A stretch of DNA of 64,000 nt from Patescibacteria group bacterium (GTDB lineage: Bacteria; Patescibacteriota; Patescibacteriia; UBA9934). The notes under the pieces were generated by a model. The model ran no database searches and was not told the origin of the DNA. It worked only from the letters and a program-made list of their open reading frames with translations. The stretch spans positions 4,352 to 68,351 of the forward strand of contig JBAZWW010000003.1 in the NCBI GenBank assembly GCA_041660165.1, in the 5' to 3' direction. Both the position numbers and the translations under genes were made by a program. Positions within the stretch are counted from its first letter, which is position 1. Every line of letters begins with the position of its first letter. Positions 44,703-53,800 of the stretch are shown here, one piece after another.

Positions 44703-44984
44703 TTGATGACATGGTTTCGACAAAGAATGAACTCGAGTCTCTCGGTCATTCAGTCTACATGCCACCAACTCAGATTACGTTGCCTGACGGACGCGAGATC
44801 AGTACGGCTGAAATGTATGCGACTTACAAAACCGCCTAAGAGCGAGCCCCGTTGGTACGCACTCGGCAAAACGAACGAGGGACGCTTACTCTTCCTGGCC
44901 TTCACCATCCGCCATGAAAAAATCCGTATCATCTCAGCGCGAGACATGAGTAAACATGAACGACAAGCATATGCAAAAGCTTAA
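44703..44984 (+). pseudogene. BrnT-like toxin remnant (C-terminal half only)
   Basis: Only residues from about 44844 (EPRWYALGKTNEGRLLFLAFTIRHEKIRIISARDMSKHERQAYAK) match BrnT/DUF497. The expected N-terminal half is absent. The preceding 56-aa ORF 44669-44839 (MKITLCGSLKF...) is unrelated. Confidence 0.45.
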
Positions 44985-45225
44985 AATGATCCCGCAATTC
45001 AAAAACGAAGCCGCTGAACAGGCTTTCTGGGAGAAACACGACTCCAGTGAATATCTTGACTGGTCAAAAGCCAAACTGGCTGTTTTTCCTGAATTAAAAA
45101 CTTCAACGGAAGCAATTTCTCTGCGTTTGCCCACTTCGCTTCTCAGCCGTATAAAGTCGGCGGCCAATAAGATCGACGTCCCGTATCAGTCGTTCATCAA
45201 GATGATTATCGACAAAGCCGTCTAA
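44956..45225 (+). CDS. BrnA-like antitoxin
   Basis: 89 aa. EAAEQAFWEKHDSSEYLDW...ISLRLPTSLLSRIKSAANKIDVPYQSFIKMII matches BrnA (RHH-like) antitoxins. It overlaps the BrnT remnant. Confidence 0.6.
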   Translation: MNDKHMQKLKMIPQFKNEAAEQAFWEKHDSSEYLDWSKAKLAVFPELKTSTEAISLRLPTSLLSRIKSAANKIDVPYQSFIKMIIDKAV

Positions 45226-45253
45226 TCAGATCCCTCGCTTTGCTCGGGATGAC
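45224..45253. repeat. MITE/REP-like repeat (type 1 half-copy) immediately after the brnA stop
   Basis: AATCAGATCCCTCGCTTTGCTCGGGATGAC. Confidence 0.55.
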
Positions 45254-45259
45254 ACATAT

Positions 45260-45514
45260 ATGATCCTCTCCATCCACGTTAAACCAAAAGCCCACGAGAC
45301 AAAGTTCGTGAGCTGGCTAGACGACCACACGGCGGTTATTGCGATTCATGCGACGCCAAGTGATGGCGAGGCTAATCTCGAGCTGATCAAATTCCTTTCG
45401 GCCAAACTCAACGTCCCCAAAACGTTCATTCTTCTAAAAAGCGGGCACACCAGCCGGGTCAAAAAGGTTGAACTGCCGGAGGGGACTTCTCTTTCGGGGC
45501 TCTCTTCCCAGTAA
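45260..45514 (+). CDS. DUF167 (YggU) family protein
   Basis: MILSIHVKPKAHETKFVSWLDDHTAVIAIHATPSDGEANLELIKFLSAKLNVPKTFILLKSGHTSRVKKV fits the YggU family; 84 aa. Confidence 0.65.
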   Translation: MILSIHVKPKAHETKFVSWLDDHTAVIAIHATPSDGEANLELIKFLSAKLNVPKTFILLKSGHTSRVKKVELPEGTSLSGLSSQ

Positions 45515-45553
45515 AGCTACATTGTAGCTTTAGCAAAATGCTCTCGACCGATG

Positions 45554-45580
45554 CAGATCCCTCGCTCTGCTCGGGATAAC
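45554..45580. repeat. MITE/REP-like repeat (type 1 half-copy)
   Basis: CAGATCCCTCGCTCTGCTCGGGATAAC. Confidence 0.5.
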
Positions 45581-45598
45581 ACATCTCGGGATGGCGCG

Positions 45599-45838
45599 TC
45601 ACGGCTGATCAATACCGCCGTCAGTCCACGGATGACATCTCAAAACTCTTCCCCCTCCTTTAAAAGCTCCCCTCAGAACCCCGTATTTCAGAATGGCCTG
45701 CCGAGTGTACTCGGAACACGATGGATAGAATGGACAATACCCATACGGATACAAAATTTTCAAAGGACCGTGATCAAAGGACACGGTCTTTTGATAGGCC
45801 AGAATTGGCAAGCAAGCCAGATTTCTTAAGAACGCCTT
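45599..45838 (-). CDS. yidD: Membrane protein insertion efficiency factor YidD
   Basis: ...LAYQKTVSF...GYCPFYPSCSEYTRQAILKYGVLRGAFKGGGRVLRCHPWTDGGID matches YidD. No ATG is available, so the proposed start is a TTG preceded by AGGAA. It overlaps the 3' end of rnpA. Confidence 0.6.
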   Translation of the reverse strand, partial: KAFLRNLACLPILAYQKTVSFDHGPLKILYPYGYCPFYPSCSEYTRQAILKYGVLRGAFKGGGRVLRCHPWTDGGIDQP

Positions 45839-46145
45839 CAAGGCGCTGTTCCTTTGCTGAAAAATCAAGGTCAAGCGCTCCTTTGCCGGCCAAGAGAATA
45901 AGGTCATAGCCTGGAGTAATCCTTGGTAACATTTTTTTCATGATTTCCTGATACTGGCGCCTGACCCAGTTGCGATCAACAGCCCGCTTGCTCACCTTGA
46001 GGCCGGTCACGACGGTTACTCGAACAGTAGTTGTGCCGTTCTTGCTGTACTTCACTCCACACACGGCATCAAACACGCCCTTCTTGGCCTTAAGGACTTT
46101 GGCAATATCCGCGTCTTTCTTCAGGCGTTGGCTCTTCTTTAACAT
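45774..46145 (-). CDS. rnpA: Ribonuclease P protein component
   Basis: MLKKSQRLKKDADIAKVLKAKKGVFDAV...RAVDRNWVRRQYQEI... is a typical RnpA of 123 aa, located directly downstream of rpmH. Confidence 0.75.
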   Translation of the reverse strand: MLKKSQRLKKDADIAKVLKAKKGVFDAVCGVKYSKNGTTTVRVTVVTGLKVSKRAVDRNWVRRQYQEIMKKMLPRITPGYDLILLAGKGALDLDFSAKEQRLEGVLKKSGLLANSGLSKDRVL

Positions 46146-46162
46146 AAAAGAAAACCCCCGTT

Positions 46163-46315
46163 CTAGCGGGGGCGCTCTTTGAGCGTAAGTTTCTTGCGTC
46201 CCTTAGCGCGTCTGCGCTTCAAAACAGCTCGGCCGTCCTTGGTCTTCATCCGCTGGCGGAAGCCGTGCACCTTGGCCCGTCTGACCTTCTTTGGTTGGTA
46301 TGTTCGCTTAGGCAT
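46163..46315 (-). CDS. rpmH: 50S ribosomal protein L34
   Basis: Not in the ORF track (50 aa). Reverse-strand translation [50 protein letters not shown] is a canonical L34. Confidence 0.85.
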   Translation of the reverse strand: MPKRTYQPKKVRRAKVHGFRQRMKTKDGRAVLKRRRAKGRKKLTLKERPR

Positions 46316-46383
46316 ATATAAAGTACCGAGAGGATAGGGTAGTTTGGAGAAAACGTCAACTGCTTAAGCAATAATACCCTATT

Positions 46384-46572
46384 TTACACAGATCGCAAAA
46401 ACGACGACAGATTTAACACAGATATGAGGTCCGATCCATGTCCATCTGTGTTTATCTGTGACAGAGGGCGATCTGTGTTCATCGAATGTCGAGTTACCCA
46501 CAGCCTATCCACACTTATCCACAACTTCACAGAAAGCTCAACACTTGCAATAGTTTGTGGGCTGTGGATAGA
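46384..46572. promoter_or_regulatory. oriC-like region upstream of dnaA: DnaA boxes plus ACACAGAT-type repeats
   Basis: CTATCCACA 46505-46513. TTATCCACA 46516-46524. TGTGGATAG 46564-46572. Five (T/A)ACACAGAT / ATCTGTG repeats at 46384-46485. Confidence 0.55.
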
Positions 46573-46616
46573 TTGGCTATGATACTTGATGTCGTTACTC
46601 CTAAACGCAATGCGCT

Positions 46617-48020
46617 ATGGAAATTGGTTCGCCCATGAATACTCACGAACTTTGGCAGGCTGTTCTGGCCCGCCTTGAACTCAAGCTGAGTAAAGCGCAT
46701 TTCAGTACGTGGTTCCGCCAAACCTTTGTTTGCGAATACCGAATAGGGGAGGCCATCATTGCCGTGCCGAACAACATTGCCCAGTCGTGGCTGGAAAAGA
46801 AGTATTACAAAGACATCCTTGAAGCACTCCAGGCCGTGACGGACCAGCCGATCCGTAAACTAACGGTTCGCATTGAAACAAAGCCCCTTCCGCCACAACC
46901 CATTCAGCTCACCGCGCAGAAGCCCGCCCCCGCTGATGACTACGGTTTCCTGCCAACCAATGGCGCAGAGCCAATGCAGGCGCCAACGGGCAACATTTCC
47001 GTTAATCCCATCTACACCTTTCAAACATTCGTCGTCGGCAAACAGAACGAACTCGCCCACGCCGCGTCACAGGCCGTCTCCTCTCAACCCGGCGGAACGT
47101 ATAACCCGCTCTTCATTTATGGAGGCGTCGGACTCGGCAAAACCCACCTACTGCATGCCATAGCCAACGAAATCCGCAGAAAGTGGCAAAACGCCCGTAT
47201 CATGTATGTAACGTGCGAGCATTTCACGAACGACTTCATTCACTCTATCCGCTCTGGTAAGGGCAAGGAATTCAAGGATCGCTACCGCAATGTTGATCTC
47301 CTGCTGATCGACGACATTCAGTTTATTACCGGCAAAGAGGGGACTCAGGAAGAGTTCTTCCATACCTTTAACACGCTCCACCAGGACAACAAGCAGATCG
47401 TCATCTCATCAGACCGTCCACCGAAATCGATCGCCGGCCTTGAAAAACGCCTGCAGTCCCGGCTCGAATGGGGCATGCTCGTAGACGTTGGCACGCCGGA
47501 TCTCGAAACCAGGATCGCCATTCTCGAAAAGAAGTGTCTCGAGAAAGGCTTTCCTCTAAATAAGGAGATCCTGCAGTACGTTGCCTCAACTGTTTCATCG
47601 AACGTTCGCGAACTTGAAGGCGCTTTGAACAAAATCATCGCCGTTCACCAGTTCCGCAACATGGAAGCAACCCTAGACACCATCAAACCGATTATTTCCA
47701 CGTTTGAGTCCGAAAACATCAAGAAAACTGTGACACCCAAGCAGGTCATCATGATCGTGGCGGCCTATTTCGACATTCAGATTGAGGACGTACTTGGCAA
47801 GTCTCGTGAAAAACGCCTAGCCTTCCCCCGACAGATCATCATGTTCTTACTTCGCGAGGAAATGAAGTCCTCGTACCCCACCATTGGCACAGAACTTGGC
47901 GGTAGAGATCACACCACTGCCATGCACGCACACTCAAAGATCATGAATATGCTTGATTCTGATGATAAACTTCAGAAAGACCTCGAGCTTATCAAGCAAC
48001 GCCTGTACACCGGTGTATAA
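46617..48020 (+). CDS. dnaA: Chromosomal replication initiator protein DnaA
   Basis: 467 aa. ELWQAVLARLELKLSKAHFSTWF (domain I). Walker A GGVGLGKTHLL. Walker B LLLIDDIQF. Sensor/box VII. C-terminal DNA-binding helix (HTTAMHAHSKI). The start may be the internal Met at 46635. Confidence 0.9.
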   Translation: MEIGSPMNTHELWQAVLARLELKLSKAHFSTWFRQTFVCEYRIGEAIIAVPNNIAQSWLEKKYYKDILEALQAVTDQPIRKLTVRIETKPLPPQPIQLTAQKPAPADDYGFLPTNGAEPMQAPTGNISVNPIYTFQTFVVGKQNELAHAASQAVSSQPGGTYNPLFIYGGVGLGKTHLLHAIANEIRRKWQNARIMYVTCEHFTNDFIHSIRSGKGKEFKDRYRNVDLLLIDDIQFITGKEGTQEEFFHTFNTLHQDNKQIVISSDRPPKSIAGLEKRLQSRLEWGMLVDVGTPDLETRIAILEKKCLEKGFPLNKEILQYVASTVSSNVRELEGALNKIIAVHQFRNMEATLDTIKPIISTFESENIKKTVTPKQVIMIVAAYFDIQIEDVLGKSREKRLAFPRQIIMFLLREEMKSSYPTIGTELGGRDHTTAMHAHSKIMNMLDSDDKLQKDLELIKQRLYTGV

Positions 48021-48063
48021 AAGGGGGACAACCTGTGAACTGAGGAAAACTTGTGTACAACCC

Positions 48064-48295
48064 CGTGGATAAGGGGAGGGATAACCAGTAGGATAACGCG
48101 GTGCATAAATGGGGGATAGATCGAGGAGCTTCAAACCTCGCTGACTTGCCCACCATCCGTCCAGTGCTCCGCGCAGGTTTTCTACACAACCGATAATCTC
48201 AAATAGGCCGATAGATAAAAGGCTTGCCGAGTTATCCGCCTTATCCACAGACTCTCTATTGTTACTGGTTCTTATATATAAATAATTCAGAAGCA
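48064..48295. promoter_or_regulatory. oriC between dnaA and dnaN: DnaA boxes and AT-rich DUE
   Basis: CGTGGATAA 48064-48072. GGGATAACC and AGGATAACG. TTATCCGCC 48232-48240. TTATCCACA 48241-48249. AT-rich cttatatataaataattcag 48271-48292. Confidence 0.55.
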
Positions 48296-48299
48296 ATCT

Positions 48300-49433
48300 G
48301 TGAAACTCTCCTGCACCCGTGAAAATTTACACCAAGGACTTTCCATTGTGAGTCATATAAGTGGAAAATCAGTGAACCTGCCCATTTTGAACAATGTCCT
48401 CTTTAGGGCGGATATCAGTGGACTCAAGCTAACGGCAACTAACCTGGACATGACCGTCACTTGCTCGGTCAGAAGCAAGGTAGACCAGCCCGGCGAGTAC
48501 ACCGTTCCCGCTAAGCTCATTGCCGATTACGTTTCGTTACTGCCGGACGAACGGGTTGATCTTGATCTTCTTGATACTTCGCTTTCTGTCGTCTGTGGAT
48601 CCTCGAAAACGAAAATCAACGGTTTGGCTCCAAGCGAGTTCCCACTCGTTCCTCAAGTTACAGGCGGAGTGAAATTCATCGTGCCCGTAGCCCCGTTTGA
48701 TAGCGCCCTCGGTCAGACGCTCTTCTCGGTTTCAACAAGCGAGGCCCGGCAGGTACTTACCGGTGCGTATCTTGAGTTCAACGGCGACAAGAAAATGCTC
48801 ACCATTGCGGCGACAGACTCGTACAGGCTGGGCGAGCGTCAGATTGCGCTTACGGGCGACATCATGGGCGAGCGCAAGGTTGTGGTCCCCTCAAGGACGC
48901 TGGCCGAACTGCGCCGGATTATTGGCGTTCTGCGCGACGCGGTCGAGATTCCCGAAACGCTCGAAATAGAAATTACCGATAACCAAGTTGCTTTCCGCTA
49001 CGGAAGCGTTGAGCTATCGAGCAGAACAATCGACGGCGTTTATCCCGATTATCGACAGATTATCCCCAAGACGAGCATGACAGAGATCATCGTTAATAAA
49101 ACGCTGTTCTCTCAGGCTGTACGGCGTGCGAGTCTCTTCTCGAAGGCCGGCCTGTTCGATGTAAAGCTCGAAGTGAAGGCCGGGACGAACGAAGTTGTCC
49201 TCTCGGCTACGGACGCTGGCAGAGGTGAGCACACAGTGGCAGTCGAGGGCGAGGTGACGGGCACAGACAACGCCGTCACGCTCAACTATCGCTATCTCTT
49301 GGACGGTATTAGCGCCATGAACTCGGATAAAGTAATCGTGAAGTTCATAGACGCTACAAACCCCTGCCTAGTTGTCCCGAACGAAAAGCCAGACGAGAAA
49401 TATCTGTACATTGTGATGCCGATTCGGCAATAG
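48300..49433 (+). CDS. dnaN: DNA polymerase III subunit beta (sliding clamp)
   Basis: 377 aa. MKLSCTRENLHQGLSIVSHISGKSVNLPILNNVLFRA... shows the three-domain beta-clamp pattern and follows dnaA directly. Confidence 0.9.
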   Translation: MKLSCTRENLHQGLSIVSHISGKSVNLPILNNVLFRADISGLKLTATNLDMTVTCSVRSKVDQPGEYTVPAKLIADYVSLLPDERVDLDLLDTSLSVVCGSSKTKINGLAPSEFPLVPQVTGGVKFIVPVAPFDSALGQTLFSVSTSEARQVLTGAYLEFNGDKKMLTIAATDSYRLGERQIALTGDIMGERKVVVPSRTLAELRRIIGVLRDAVEIPETLEIEITDNQVAFRYGSVELSSRTIDGVYPDYRQIIPKTSMTEIIVNKTLFSQAVRRASLFSKAGLFDVKLEVKAGTNEVVLSATDAGRGEHTVAVEGEVTGTDNAVTLNYRYLLDGISAMNSDKVIVKFIDATNPCLVVPNEKPDEKYLYIVMPIRQ

Positions 49434-49458
49434 TGATCTGAATTACCATCTCATTTTC

Positions 49459-49492
49459 GGCCAATCAGATCCCTCGCTCCGCTCGGGATGAC
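49459..49492. repeat. MITE/REP-like repeat (type 1 half-copy) after dnaN
   Basis: GGCCAATCAGATCCCTCGCTCCGCTCGGGATGAC. Confidence 0.55.
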
Positions 49493-49537
49493 AGAATGGT
49501 TGAGACGGTAGAAAGATCGAAACGACAAAACAAAAAA

Positions 49538-49570
49538 AAGACCCCCGAGGATGCTCGAGGGCCTTTTTAG
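49538..49570. terminator. Bidirectional terminator between dnaN and the 3D-domain gene
   Basis: AAAAAAGACCCCCGAGGatgcTCGAGGGCCTTTTTAG. Confidence 0.5.
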
Positions 49571-49571
49571 T

Positions 49572-50117
49572 TTACTTGCTCTTGTAGATTTCGATCTTGA
49601 CCGTCTTACGGCCAAAATGCTTGGCCACGGAGAGATCGTCCATCCAGATGTCCACATTGTTCTTGTAACGGGTATTCATGCGGTCTTCTACAATGAAGAC
49701 CTTGTCGCCGTAGAGTTCCGGCATTTTAATGCGGGTACCAAACGGCAACTGGTTTGTGGCTACCACGCCGTCACGCACGTGCGTATTTGATGCAGTGATG
49801 AACGGGGTAGAGTCACATTCCTGAACGCGGGACGTATAGGCAGAAACCTGCATATAGCGCACGGACACGCCCTTACGATCCTTAGCGGTAGGAAGGACGC
49901 CGAAATCCTTGGTTTGGTTCTGCATGGCAGAGATCTCAAGGGCCGTGGACTTGTCATTTACCGGGTTAAGGTTAGTGCTAGCGTCCACGCTAGAGGGGAG
50001 GACGAATGAACCAAGCATGAGGACCATAACGGCAATGACGCCAGTTTCCATGGGAGACTTGGTGATGGCCTTTTGGAGCTTACGAATGGTGTTCATCATA
50101 GAGATACAGTATAGCAA
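49572..50117 (-). CDS. 3D-domain (MltA/YuiC-like) cell-wall-associated protein
   Basis: N-terminal TM/signal. C-terminal AYTSRVQECDSTPFITASNTHVRDGVVATNQLPFGTRIKMPELYGDKVFIVEDRMNTRYKNNVDIW with three conserved Asp, typical of the 3D domain. 181 aa. Confidence 0.6.
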   Translation of the reverse strand: MLYCISMMNTIRKLQKAITKSPMETGVIAVMVLMLGSFVLPSSVDASTNLNPVNDKSTALEISAMQNQTKDFGVLPTAKDRKGVSVRYMQVSAYTSRVQECDSTPFITASNTHVRDGVVATNQLPFGTRIKMPELYGDKVFIVEDRMNTRYKNNVDIWMDDLSVAKHFGRKTVKIEIYKSK

Positions 50118-50236
50118 AAATTCGCCCCTTTGTCAATCAAAAAATGCCATATTTTGGCTAATATTAGAGAATGGCTAAGGCAAGCCTTTTGTGCTATTTC
50201 ATGCCCTCAAGTATCATGGCGGAAACGGTCATTTTT

Positions 50237-53119
50237 ATGCGAAAATACATCCAGGGACGGCTTAAAACAGGATTTTCGGCTTTTGGTGAAAAGATCAAAA
50301 AATACTGGAAATCGGCAAATAAGCTAACCATAGCCAAGAATATCGTTTTGGCGGGTTTTGCCTGCGTTCTCTTTTTTGTCATCGTTGTGGCTGGTACTTT
50401 TGCTTGGTATGCCAAAGACCTGCCAAATCCGAATGGCTTGGCCAACCGCAATGTTTCTCAGTCTACGAAGATTTACGACCGTACCGGTACGCATCTTCTT
50501 TATGAAATTGCGCTCGACGAAAACCGAACGCTGGTGACACTCGACAATATCCCGGACAGCTTAGAAAAGGCCACCATCACCGCTGAGGATAGGGGCTTTT
50601 ACCAGCATCAGGGGTTTAGTTTGCGCGGGTATGCCAGAAGCGCTATGCATTTTGTGCTGTCGTTTGGCCGAGTGCGGGAGGGTGCGTCAACGATCACGCA
50701 ACAGCTCGTGAAGAACGCCATTCTTTCAAACGAAAAAACACTGTCTCGCAAGGTGAAGGAACTCATGCTGTCCGTGGCGCTTGAACAAGTTTATTCGAAA
50801 GATCAAATTCTGCAGATGTACTTGAATGAGATCCCGTACGGCCAGACGAACTACGGAATTGAGTCTGCTTCGGATGCGTATTTCGGCAAGAAAGCAAAGG
50901 ATCTCACACTCGCTGAAAGCGCCACGCTGGCTGCTTTGCCCCAGTCTCCAACCACGTATCTGAATAACCCGGTTAAGCTGAAGGCCAGAAAAAACTGGAT
51001 TTTGAACGGCATGGTGGACGCTGGCTATGTTTCCAGAGCAGACGCGGACACGGCCATCGCTACGGAAACGCCGGTGACGAACCATGTTGGCGGGATTGAA
51101 GCCCCGCACTTTGTGTTTTGGGTGAAGTCATTACTCGAGGATAAGTACTCGACCAAAATTGTTGAAACCGGTGGGCTTAGGGTCATCACTACCCTCGACT
51201 ATGATAAACAGAAAATGGCCGAGCAGGCTGTGACAGACGGCGTAGCAAAAAATGGCAAGGCCTACGGTTTCACGACCGGCGGTTTATTGTCCCTCGATCC
51301 TAAGAATGGGGAAGTGCTGGCTATGGTTGGCTCGGCCGATTTCAGAAACAACGATATTGACGGCCAGGTGAACGTCACCATCCAACCGTTACAACCTGGG
51401 TCCAGCATTAAGCCCATTGTCTACGCGGCCGCTTTTGAGAAGGGCTACACGCCGAATACGCTCCTGTGGGACGTGAACACCGTTTTCCCCACTGCCACCG
51501 GTCCTTACCCGCCACAGAACTACGACGGCAAGGAGCACGGCATTGTTTCCATGCGTAAGGCGCTTCAGGGATCGCTTAACATTCCCGCGGTGAAGACGCT
51601 TTACCTGGTTGGTATTGATACTGCCGTTAAATTTGCCCACCGTTTGGGCTACACCACGCTCAATGATCCATCGAAGATTGGATTGTCTATGGTGCTCGGT
51701 GGAGCGGAAGTGAAACTCATTGACCACGCCGCCGCATACGGTGTGTTCGCGAACGGCGGAACGTATCACGCGCCAGTGGGCATTTTGAAGGTTGAGGCTC
51801 CAGACGGCTCAACAATGGAGGAATTCAAGCCCGAGGAAAACCAGGGCGAGCGGGTACTCGACGTAAACATTGCTTCTATCATGAGCAACGTCTTGTCTGA
51901 CAATGAAGCCAGGTCCTACGTTTTCACCACGAATAACTGGCTGGTCCTGCCGAACCGCCCGGTGGCGGCTAAGACGGGTACGACCAACTCGTACAAAGAC
52001 GCCTGGACTATGGGTTACACGCCGTCTCTCGTGGCCGGCGTTTGGGTGGGCAATGCCAACGGTTCGTTCATGAATAAGAAGGCCGATGGTTCGCAAGTAG
52101 CCGCTCCTATTTGGAACCAGTACATGAAGAACGCTTTGCAGGGAACACCTGTGGAAGCGTTTCCGAAGGCGAGTATTCCTCAGACCGGCAAGCCCGTTCT
52201 TGACGGCAAACTTCCCGGTACGCCCGTGGTTCTTGATACTGCGTCTGGCAAGCTCGCTACGGATTTGACGCCTGAACGTTTCCGCAAAGAGATGCTCTGT
52301 GGCGAGTATCACACCATTTTAAAATATGTGGACAAGGATCAGCCAACAGATCCCGCTCCGAACCGGCCAGAAAATGACCCCGATTACCTGGTGTGGGAAA
52401 AAGCCGTGCAAGATTACATCACGCGCCATAACGCTTCTCTCAAAGAAGGCGAGAAGCCGTATGAAACTTGCGTGGTGCCCACGGAATCTGATGACATGCA
52501 TACCCTTGAGAACAAACCAGGCATCACCATGATGCAACCGCAAAATGATTGGGCGGTTGGCCGAACGATTGACGTGCAAGTCTCCCTTGAAACTCGTCGA
52601 ATGTTTGGCCGGGTCGAGTATTCAGTAGACGGCGTATTCATCGCCTCATCATCAAGTACAGGCGGGGCGATCATCTCGCTTCCCGGCTGGGTGAGCATTG
52701 GCTCACACTCGTTTACAGCCACCGTTTATGATGACGTAGATAACTCGGCCAGCGCCACGGCACTTCTCAACGTGAATGAAGCTGGTTCCCAAGGTGCGTT
52801 TAGAATTACGAATCCGTTTACCAACCAAACCATTGAAAAGTCCGGTTCGGCCTACGCGGTGGTGGTTGAGGTTCCGCATTCTGGCGACTATGCAACGCTT
52901 TCCATCATTGCGCGTAATCTCTGGGACGGTGCCACCACTACGGTCGGAACGATCTCAAAGGTTTCAGCGATCAGCACAGTCAACTGGACACTTCCCACGG
53001 CGGGTGATTACACTTTGGGAGCTGAGGCTACCCGGATAACCGGCGAGGTTGAGGAAACCGTGCCCGTAAAGGTCTTTGTGCGAGAGCCGGTCGTTACTTC
53101 GATTACACCAATTCCATAA
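50237..53119 (+). CDS. mrcA: Class A penicillin-binding protein (PBP1A-type transglycosylase/transpeptidase) with C-terminal Ig-like extension
   Basis: N-terminal TM. GT51 motifs (EDRGFYQHQGF, RQEGASTITQQLVKN). Transpeptidase SxxK (GSSIKP), SxN and KTGT. About 270-aa C-terminal beta-rich extension. ORF begins at 50171; the Met at 50237 is an alternative start. Confidence 0.85.
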   Translation: MRKYIQGRLKTGFSAFGEKIKKYWKSANKLTIAKNIVLAGFACVLFFVIVVAGTFAWYAKDLPNPNGLANRNVSQSTKIYDRTGTHLLYEIALDENRTLVTLDNIPDSLEKATITAEDRGFYQHQGFSLRGYARSAMHFVLSFGRVREGASTITQQLVKNAILSNEKTLSRKVKELMLSVALEQVYSKDQILQMYLNEIPYGQTNYGIESASDAYFGKKAKDLTLAESATLAALPQSPTTYLNNPVKLKARKNWILNGMVDAGYVSRADADTAIATETPVTNHVGGIEAPHFVFWVKSLLEDKYSTKIVETGGLRVITTLDYDKQKMAEQAVTDGVAKNGKAYGFTTGGLLSLDPKNGEVLAMVGSADFRNNDIDGQVNVTIQPLQPGSSIKPIVYAAAFEKGYTPNTLLWDVNTVFPTATGPYPPQNYDGKEHGIVSMRKALQGSLNIPAVKTLYLVGIDTAVKFAHRLGYTTLNDPSKIGLSMVLGGAEVKLIDHAAAYGVFANGGTYHAPVGILKVEAPDGSTMEEFKPEENQGERVLDVNIASIMSNVLSDNEARSYVFTTNNWLVLPNRPVAAKTGTTNSYKDAWTMGYTPSLVAGVWVGNANGSFMNKKADGSQVAAPIWNQYMKNALQGTPVEAFPKASIPQTGKPVLDGKLPGTPVVLDTASGKLATDLTPERFRKEMLCGEYHTILKYVDKDQPTDPAPNRPENDPDYLVWEKAVQDYITRHNASLKEGEKPYETCVVPTESDDMHTLENKPGITMMQPQNDWAVGRTIDVQVSLETRRMFGRVEYSVDGVFIASSSSTGGAIISLPGWVSIGSHSFTATVYDDVDNSASATALLNVNEAGSQGAFRITNPFTNQTIEKSGSAYAVVVEVPHSGDYATLSIIARNLWDGATTTVGTISKVSAISTVNWTLPTAGDYTLGAEATRITGEVEETVPVKVFVREPVVTSITPIP

Positions 53120-53120
53120 A

Positions 53121-53200
53121 CGGTTCTCCATCCTGAGCGAGAGCGAAGGATCCGACCCTCACCGGTGAAAGTCGGACCCTTCGCATAGCTCAGGGTGGGA
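53121..53200. repeat. Long palindromic intergenic repeat (type 3)
   Basis: GGTTCTCCATCCTGAGCGAGAGCGAAGGATCCGACcctcaccggtgaaaGTCGGACCCTTCGCATAGCTCAGGGTGGGAT forms a near-perfect hairpin of about 80 bp. Confidence 0.65.
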
Positions 53201-53215
53201 TCCCAACCAATCAAT

Positions 53216-53737
53216 ATGAAAAAAATCGTTCTGGCATTCGTCGCCCTCGTTCTTGCCGGTGCTGGTTGTGTGCCGGTCGCGAACAAGCCCATTGACGGCA
53301 AGTGGCGCCTGGCCTTTGATCTGCCGTCTGGCTGGGTGATGGTTGAGCCGTATAGCGTTCCGGGAAAGACCGAGAAATTGAAACCACTCGACGAGAACGT
53401 GAAACGTGACGATTCAGAAATCTATCTCCAGAGCCTTGATAAAGCCATCTGTTGGACCGGCGGGAATTGCGCCGAGGGATCTGCAACTGAGGGCGAGCAG
53501 ATCAAGGCATCCGCGCTCGACTCTCACCGCGTACTCGATCTCAAAGAATTGAAGGACTTGGGAAACGGTTTCTACGTTCGGCTGGACAAGGCTGACACAT
53601 ATTACCTCGTGACTGATTCCGCGAAGTATCAGTTCAACGCGGTTGGCGATGCTGAGGCGCTCAAGAAAATTATTCTCTCGGCCAAGGTTGTGAATCACTA
53701 TACTGACAGAGCAACGATCGAAGTGAAGTCGAAATAA
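53216..53737 (+). CDS. Lipoprotein
   Basis: MKKIVLAFVALVLAGAGC provides a lipobox; 173 aa. Confidence 0.5.
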   Translation: MKKIVLAFVALVLAGAGCVPVANKPIDGKWRLAFDLPSGWVMVEPYSVPGKTEKLKPLDENVKRDDSEIYLQSLDKAICWTGGNCAEGSATEGEQIKASALDSHRVLDLKELKDLGNGFYVRLDKADTYYLVTDSAKYQFNAVGDAEALKKIILSAKVVNHYTDRATIEVKSK

Positions 53738-53745
53738 AAGGAAAA

Positions 53746-53776
53746 GGAGCCGCGCGAGACGAGGCTCCTTTTTTTG
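53746..53776 (+). terminator. Rho-independent terminator
   Basis: GGAGCCgcgcgagacgaGGCTCCTTTTTTTG. Confidence 0.55.
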
Positions 53777-53800
53777 ACGGGCACGCCCGAACAGCCTGGA

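Noticed and set aside
44669-44839. 56-aa ORF MKITLCGSLKF... upstream of the BrnT remnant, considered as a real small gene or the BrnT N-terminus
   Set aside because: It has no similarity to the BrnT N-terminal half and only a weak RBS. It is mentioned only as context for the degraded TA locus.
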